Positions 58,964-64,000 of a DNA stretch of 64,000 nucleotides are shown here, in pieces. The number at the start of each line of letters is the position of its first letter. The first letter of the stretch is position 1. Position numbers and translations under genes: made by a program. Source of the DNA: Planctomycetota bacterium (GTDB lineage Bacteria; Planctomycetota; SZUA-567; H5-PLA8); contig JBBRPR010000016.1 of NCBI GenBank assembly GCA_038227875.1, positions 64,001-128,000 of the forward strand, written 5' to 3'. Below the pieces are notes generated by a model that saw only the letters and a program-made list of their open reading frames with translations, searched no databases and was not told the origin of the DNA.

Positions 58964-60220
58964 ATGGCGAAGAAGTCTGAAAAAGCAGGCAGCGGCAATG
59001 GTAAGAAGGGTGAGAAGGTCATCCTGCTCTATTCCGGCGGCCTCGACACGAGCGTGATCGTCCGCTGGCTGGCCGACAAGGGCTTTGACGTGATCTGCGT
59101 CACCGTCGATGTCGGACAGCAGGACGAAGTCAATTTCGAGAAGAAGGCGCTGGGCAGCGGCGCGAGCAAGTTCATCCTCCGCGACATCAAGGACGAATTC
59201 GTCCGCGACGGCGTCTTCCAGTGCATTCGCGCAGAAGCCAAGTACGAAGGCCGCTACCTTCTCGGCACCTCGATCGCGCGTCCGTTCATCATCAAGGCTG
59301 TCGTCGATGTCGCCAAGGCCGAGAAGGCGACGATCGTCGCTCACGGCGCGACCGGCAAGGGCAACGACCAGTGTCGCTTCGAACTGGCCACGTACGCGCT
59401 GCTCCCCGGCGCCCGGATCATCGCCCCATGGCGCGATCCGGAATTCCGCGAACTGATCCCCGGCCGCAAGGAAGCGATCGAGTACGCGGCCAAGCACAAC
59501 ATTCCGATCCAAGCCAGTTCCAAGAAGCCCTGGTCGACGGATCCGAATCTCCAGCACCGCAGCCACGAAGCCGGCGAGCTCGAAGATCCGTGGTACAAGC
59601 CGCGCGACGAGATGTTCCAGCTGATCACCCCGCCGCAGCAGGCGCCGGACAAGACCGAAGTCGTCGAAATCGAGTTCGAACGCGGCACGCCCGTTGGCGT
59701 CAACGGCAAGCGCCTGGCTCCCGTTCCGCTGATGGAAAAGTTGAACGTGATCGCGGGACGCAACGGCGTGGGCATCTGCGACATGGTCGAAAACCGCTTC
59801 GTCGGCATGAAAAGCCGCGGCGTGTACGAAGCCCCCGGCGCGACGCTTCTCTACGAGTGCCACCGCGATCTCGAAGGCCTCACGATGGACCGTGAAGTCA
59901 TGCACATCCGCGACACGCTGATCCCCAAGTACGCCGAACTGATTTACTACGGCTACTGGTTCCACCCGGCCAAGGACTGCCTCGACGCGTACATTAACGA
60001 GAGCCAGAAAAACGTGACCGGCGTGGTGCGCTGCGAGCTCTATAAAGGAACGCTGCGCGTCACCGGACGAAAGTCGCCCTTCTCGCTTTACGATGCGAAC
60101 ATCGCGACGATGGAAGCCGGCGGCTCGTACAATCAGGACGACGCGACAGGCTTTTTGCGCATCGTCGGTCTGCCGACGCGCGTAATGGCCAATCTGAAGT
60201 CGCGCGGCATGGTTGACTGA
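58964..60220 (+). CDS. argG: Argininosuccinate synthase
   Basis: YSGGLDTS, LLGTSIARP, HGATGKGNDQ.RFE and ENR.VGMKSRGVYE.P. Confidence 0.97.
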   Translation: MAKKSEKAGSGNGKKGEKVILLYSGGLDTSVIVRWLADKGFDVICVTVDVGQQDEVNFEKKALGSGASKFILRDIKDEFVRDGVFQCIRAEAKYEGRYLLGTSIARPFIIKAVVDVAKAEKATIVAHGATGKGNDQCRFELATYALLPGARIIAPWRDPEFRELIPGRKEAIEYAAKHNIPIQASSKKPWSTDPNLQHRSHEAGELEDPWYKPRDEMFQLITPPQQAPDKTEVVEIEFERGTPVGVNGKRLAPVPLMEKLNVIAGRNGVGICDMVENRFVGMKSRGVYEAPGATLLYECHRDLEGLTMDREVMHIRDTLIPKYAELIYYGYWFHPAKDCLDAYINESQKNVTGVVRCELYKGTLRVTGRKSPFSLYDANIATMEAGGSYNQDDATGFLRIVGLPTRVMANLKSRGMVD

Positions 60221-60321
60221 ACGGCAGCGCACTGACGCGCGAGGGGCCAAGCGTCAGGGGCCAGAAGTGGGGCCGCGATTCCGGCGACGTTAGAGCAGGG
60301 CGACGGGTAGGTTCTAGAACA

Positions 60322-60349
60322 ACACCGGCTGCCAATTGGCAGCCGGTGT
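60322..60349. other. Perfect 28-bp palindrome between convergent genes
   Basis: acaccggctgccaattggcagccggtgt; possible bidirectional terminator or REP. Confidence 0.6.
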
Positions 60350-60372
60350 ATTAGGTAGCAAGTGAAGTTCAA

Positions 60373-61203
60373 TTATGCGTTGGCGGCAGTGACTGCAGGT
60401 TCCAAAGCTTCAATCTCTCCCAGCGGCAAATTCGAGACGAGCGGAAATTTTGGACCCGCCAAGCGCTCACCGACCTGAAATTCATCCTTGTCGATCACGC
60501 AGTGACCATTTCCGGAGTACGTCGTGCCGTCGGGCATGTACAGAATGGCCATCGCTTCGCGCATGCCATCGGTGCGGTTCGGGCCGGCGTAGTGGAACGT
60601 CAGTCCGTTATGGAATGTGCACGAACCAGCCTTCAACTGACACGTCACCGGCTTGATGCCCTTGACCTGCGGCGCGATTTCGAACAGGTCCTGCGGGTTG
60701 CCCAGGTTCACGGGCTGAATGTTGGGAAACTTCTGAGTGCCGGGAATGAACGACATGCAGCCATTGGAAATCGTCGCGTCGCGAAGCGCGATCCAGATGC
60801 TGGTCTGGTGCGCCTTTTCGCGGTGCGGCCAGTAGTGCGTGTCCTGATGCCACGGCGTCTTGGAGCCGGTCTGTGGTTCCTTGAACAAGGCTTGGTCGTG
60901 CCAGAGGCGCATGCGGAATCCGCTGAGCCGCGCGGCGATGTTGCCAAATCGCGGCGAGAGCACGAATTCCTTCACCGCCGGATGCCGCTGCCAGAGGTTC
61001 ACTTTCTGAATAAAAATCTGCTCGTAAGAGCTTTTGTGTTTGGCAGCGTTGTCCGGAATGTTTTCGTCGGAGACGGCGGCCTCAACCGCGGTGCGCAGTT
61101 GCTCCAGATCGGCTCCGGTGATCACGTCGTTGAGTTGTATGAATCCATTTTCGCGGTAGAAGGCAATCTGTTCCTCGGTCAACGCGTAGTCGCCGTTCAG
61201 CAT
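60373..61203 (-). CDS. Phytanoyl-CoA dioxygenase (PhyH) family Fe/2OG oxygenase
   Basis: EQI.FY.ENGF, TPWHQD, NGCM.FIPG and FH.AGPN. Confidence 0.92.
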   Translation of the reverse strand: MLNGDYALTEEQIAFYRENGFIQLNDVITGADLEQLRTAVEAAVSDENIPDNAAKHKSSYEQIFIQKVNLWQRHPAVKEFVLSPRFGNIAARLSGFRMRLWHDQALFKEPQTGSKTPWHQDTHYWPHREKAHQTSIWIALRDATISNGCMSFIPGTQKFPNIQPVNLGNPQDLFEIAPQVKGIKPVTCQLKAGSCTFHNGLTFHYAGPNRTDGMREAMAILYMPDGTTYSGNGHCVIDKDEFQVGERLAGPKFPLVSNLPLGEIEALEPAVTAANA

Positions 61204-61310
61204 GGATTGAAATCCTTTGTCACGAGAAATATGGCCAGCACTCCTTCGAACGTGCTAGACTCTACCTCCAGTAGCAGCCACAGCCTTGTAGGATTAAGAC
61301 AAAAACTTGT

Positions 61311-62264
61311 ATGAATCCGGCATTTAGCGACTTAAAAGCGGCCACCTCCCGGCCCCGGCTCAAGCCGGAATGGACCATCCGGCAGGCCGCCGTGCAGCTC
61401 TCCGCCAGCCGTCCCATGCGCGCGCAGAACATCGACGTCAACAGAATCGTCCGCCCTCACGACCACGATTATTACGAAATCTGCGTCGCCCACTCCGGTA
61501 CGGCTCTCCACCAGACCGACACCTACGACCGCGTGTTGACGCCCGGCTCCGTCGTGGTCATGGCGCCGGGGCAGACGCATGGTTTTACGCAGGTTGAAAA
61601 TTTGAATGTGACGAACATCTACTATCTCGCGGAGTGGCTGCTGGCCGATCTTCGGGCCTTGTGGGAACACGACGGACTGGTGCCGCTCTTTCTCTCGGCC
61701 AGTTTGTTCCGCCGGCCAATGTCGGATGTTCCCGTGCCCCAATTTACGCTCACGCCCGAACAGCTGCGGAGCTGCTGCCGGGAACTCGACGACGCCACGC
61801 GCGAACGAGACTCGGCCAAGCCCTCGCTGGTCATGCTCAAAGCGTGTCTGCTAAAGTTCCTGATCGGCCTGAGCCGCGCCTACGTGCAGAGCGAGCCGGA
61901 ACGGCAACTGGGCTTCGGCTTCCGCCGCCAGATCTGGACGGCGCTGGAACACATCGAAGAATCGATTCGCCAGTCGACACCGTTTTCCGTAGATGAGCTG
62001 GCGACAGAAGTCGACATGTCAACGGACCATCTCAGTCGGATTTTCAAGGAGGCCACCGGCTGGGCGCCGATGGATTATTTTCAGCGGCGGCGCATCCACC
62101 ACGCCTGCACGTGGCTGCTGAATCCGCGGAACTCGATCACCGATGTCGCCTATGCGCTCGGCTTTTCAGACGCGGCCCATTTCAGCCGGCTCTTCCGCCG
62201 CTACCAGGGCCAGACGCCACGCGATTATCGCAAGATGTACGCCAGCGACACTATTCCTCGATGA
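61311..62264 (+). CDS. AraC-family regulator
   Basis: HDHDYYE cupin; ITDVAYALGFSDAAHFSRLF. Confidence 0.92.
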   Translation: MNPAFSDLKAATSRPRLKPEWTIRQAAVQLSASRPMRAQNIDVNRIVRPHDHDYYEICVAHSGTALHQTDTYDRVLTPGSVVVMAPGQTHGFTQVENLNVTNIYYLAEWLLADLRALWEHDGLVPLFLSASLFRRPMSDVPVPQFTLTPEQLRSCCRELDDATRERDSAKPSLVMLKACLLKFLIGLSRAYVQSEPERQLGFGFRRQIWTALEHIEESIRQSTPFSVDELATEVDMSTDHLSRIFKEATGWAPMDYFQRRRIHHACTWLLNPRNSITDVAYALGFSDAAHFSRLFRRYQGQTPRDYRKMYASDTIPR

Positions 62265-62625
62265 TCGTCTCGCGGTGCGCGCTGGAGAACGCGACGAGCA
62301 ACTCCGCATTCGTGGCGCCCACGTTGATCGCCTGATGCTTCAGGTTGCGCGGAATCAGGATCGCCTCTCCGGCTTTCATGCGCAAATTCGGAGTGCCCTC
62401 GACCACATGCTCGATTTCACCCGCGATGACATAGAGGACTTCTTCGCAGTTGGGATGACGGTGGAGCGGGTTGCGCCCGCCGGCCGCCACGATGGTATGT
62501 CCGAGCGTCAATTCCCGCGCGCCATTCACTGAGGCGCTGGTCAGCCAGTGCAACGCGCCCCACGCGTAGTTTTCCGCCTGAACTTCCGATTTGCGCATCA
62601 CTTTGACTTGAGGTGCTGAAGACAT
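62251..62625 (-). CDS. Cupin-domain protein
   Basis: HRHPNCEE.LYVI.G and IP....H. Confidence 0.9.
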   Translation of the reverse strand: MSSAPQVKVMRKSEVQAENYAWGALHWLTSASVNGARELTLGHTIVAAGGRNPLHRHPNCEEVLYVIAGEIEHVVEGTPNLRMKAGEAILIPRNLKHQAINVGATNAELLVAFSSAHRETIIEE

Positions 62626-62635
62626 GGGCGTCCTT

Positions 62636-63727
62636 TCATTTTTGAAGAGTGGCCAGATCGGCGATGCGCACGGACTGTCCCTGGCTCAGCAGCGCGGCTT
62701 CGTAGCACTCCATCACCCAGCGCGCTTCTTCCAGCGTACCCACGGTTGGCGCAGTGTTGTTCAGACAGGACGTCACAAAATGATCGAGCTCCTGCACGAA
62801 GCCCTGCACGAAAATCGCTTTGTTGTAGAGCGTCGAGAGTGTGTGCTGCAGGTCGTAGGTGATGGCGGAGCTTTCGTCGGTTCCGGCGGTGAAGTCGAAG
62901 CCGCGTCCGTAATCGAACGGTGCGCCGGGGCGGTGGAGGGTGAGCTTCACGTTGTTGTCGCAGACGATATGGCCTTTCTCGCAGACAATTTCGTAGTTCT
63001 CCATGATTCCGGAATTCGAATGCCCGGCCGCGTCGTGAATGCATGCGGTCGCGCCCGATTCAAAATCGATGATCACAAATCCGCCCCCGCGCGGCGAGAG
63101 GTGCGTCGTCACGGACTCGGCGCGGCCGGCGAGATGGACGAACATGCTGAGCGGGTGGACGCCGTTGCCAAGCCAGTTGTTCGGCTTCTTTTCCGCGAGG
63201 ACACGGGGACCATCCGCGGGAATTCCGAGCGGATAACGCGCCGTCAGCGTCCGCATTTTTCCGAAGCTTCCGCCACTCAACGCTTCTTTGATTTTACGCG
63301 TGACGGGCATGAACGCTTTTTTGAAACCTACCGCGACGAAGCGTTGATGCGCCTCGCGGGCTGCAATCATCTTCGCCACGCCGGCGACATCTTCGGCTGG
63401 CGGTTTGTCCATCCACACATGCAAGCCAGCGGCGAGCGCTTGGCAGGCGAGGTCGGGATGCTGCTTGGGGCCCACGCACATCACCACGGCCTCGGCGACG
63501 TTGGCCGCGAGCAGATCTTTCATCGATGCGAATGCCGAATCCTGCGATGGAGCTCCAAAATGGGCGGCGTATTTTCGCGCGCGGTCAATGTCCGCATCGC
63601 AGAAGGCGACGCATTCCGCGGCAAGGTAGTCGAAGCAGGGAATAATGCTGCGGTAGGCGTGGTTGCCGCAGCCGACGATTGCCACTTTCAGCCGCCGTCC
63701 TTCTTCGTGTGCCAGCATGATGGCCAT
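62636..63727 (-). CDS. Gfo/Idh/MocA oxidoreductase
   Basis: VAIVGCG, H......AL.AGLHV.MDKP and NGVH. Confidence 0.9.
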   Translation of the reverse strand: MAIMLAHEEGRRLKVAIVGCGNHAYRSIIPCFDYLAAECVAFCDADIDRARKYAAHFGAPSQDSAFASMKDLLAANVAEAVVMCVGPKQHPDLACQALAAGLHVWMDKPPAEDVAGVAKMIAAREAHQRFVAVGFKKAFMPVTRKIKEALSGGSFGKMRTLTARYPLGIPADGPRVLAEKKPNNWLGNGVHPLSMFVHLAGRAESVTTHLSPRGGGFVIIDFESGATACIHDAAGHSNSGIMENYEIVCEKGHIVCDNNVKLTLHRPGAPFDYGRGFDFTAGTDESSAITYDLQHTLSTLYNKAIFVQGFVQELDHFVTSCLNNTAPTVGTLEEARWVMECYEAALLSQGQSVRIADLATLQK

Positions 63728-63729
63728 GG

Positions 63730-63999
63730 TTAGCGCGCTCCCTTTTTGGTTCGAACGGTTTTCGGCGGCGCGCAGAAGATGGCCAGAAACGTCACCGGCC
63801 CGCCCTTCGGGTGCGGAGCGTGTGGCTTGCGCGCATCGAAATACAAACTGTCGCCGGCTTTCAAATCGAACGTTTCGTCACCGACGCGGTAATCGCAGCG
63901 GCCGTTTAGCACAAAAATGAATTCTTCGCCCGGATGCTGGAACGTCTTTTTCGGATCAACTTCTTTTGGATGAACGGTGAGCACGAACGGTTCCATGGC
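63730..63999 (-). CDS. C-terminal cupin domain of a probable XRE-family regulator (5' part outside the window)
   Basis: MEPF, HPGEEFIFVL.G and GDSLYFDA..PH. Confidence 0.8.
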   Translation of the reverse strand, partial: AMEPFVLTVHPKEVDPKKTFQHPGEEFIFVLNGRCDYRVGDETFDLKAGDSLYFDARKPHAPHPKGGPVTFLAIFCAPPKTVRTKKGAR

Positions 64000-64000
64000 C

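Overview
GC-rich bacterial chromosomal window, most likely from a Planctomycetota (PVC) organism. This is inferred from the Minf_1886-like gene, a Hanks kinase, the giant coiled-coil and HEAT proteins and the REP types. Housekeeping genes are panD, pyrB-pyrC-carA, a type-2 ileS and argG. Also present are an ABC exporter with an adaptor, a MacAB-like operon, two carbohydrate-active-like secreted proteins, a large secreted PKD/IPT protein, two AraC regulators and many lineage-specific membrane proteins. I found no rRNA, tRNA, CRISPR array, integrase or transposase. The most striking unannotated structure is at 9.6-10.4 kb on the minus strand: two tandem modules, each a Cys-containing leader ORF, an antiterminator/terminator switch and a tiny CxxC-x14-CxxC zinc-ribbon gene. 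It looks like a serial ribosome-mediated attenuator whose only evident output is microproteins. Other leads are a promoter + boxA + folded non-coding RNA candidate (37.1-37.5 kb), a rod-shaped RNA with a terminator upstream of ileS, and heptamer repeats inserted in frame into ileS. There is also a nonsense-interrupted gene with an intact paralogue in the window, and a flavinylated-protein / UshA-like-thioredoxin gene pair. All calls come from reading the sequence by eye; no searches were run.
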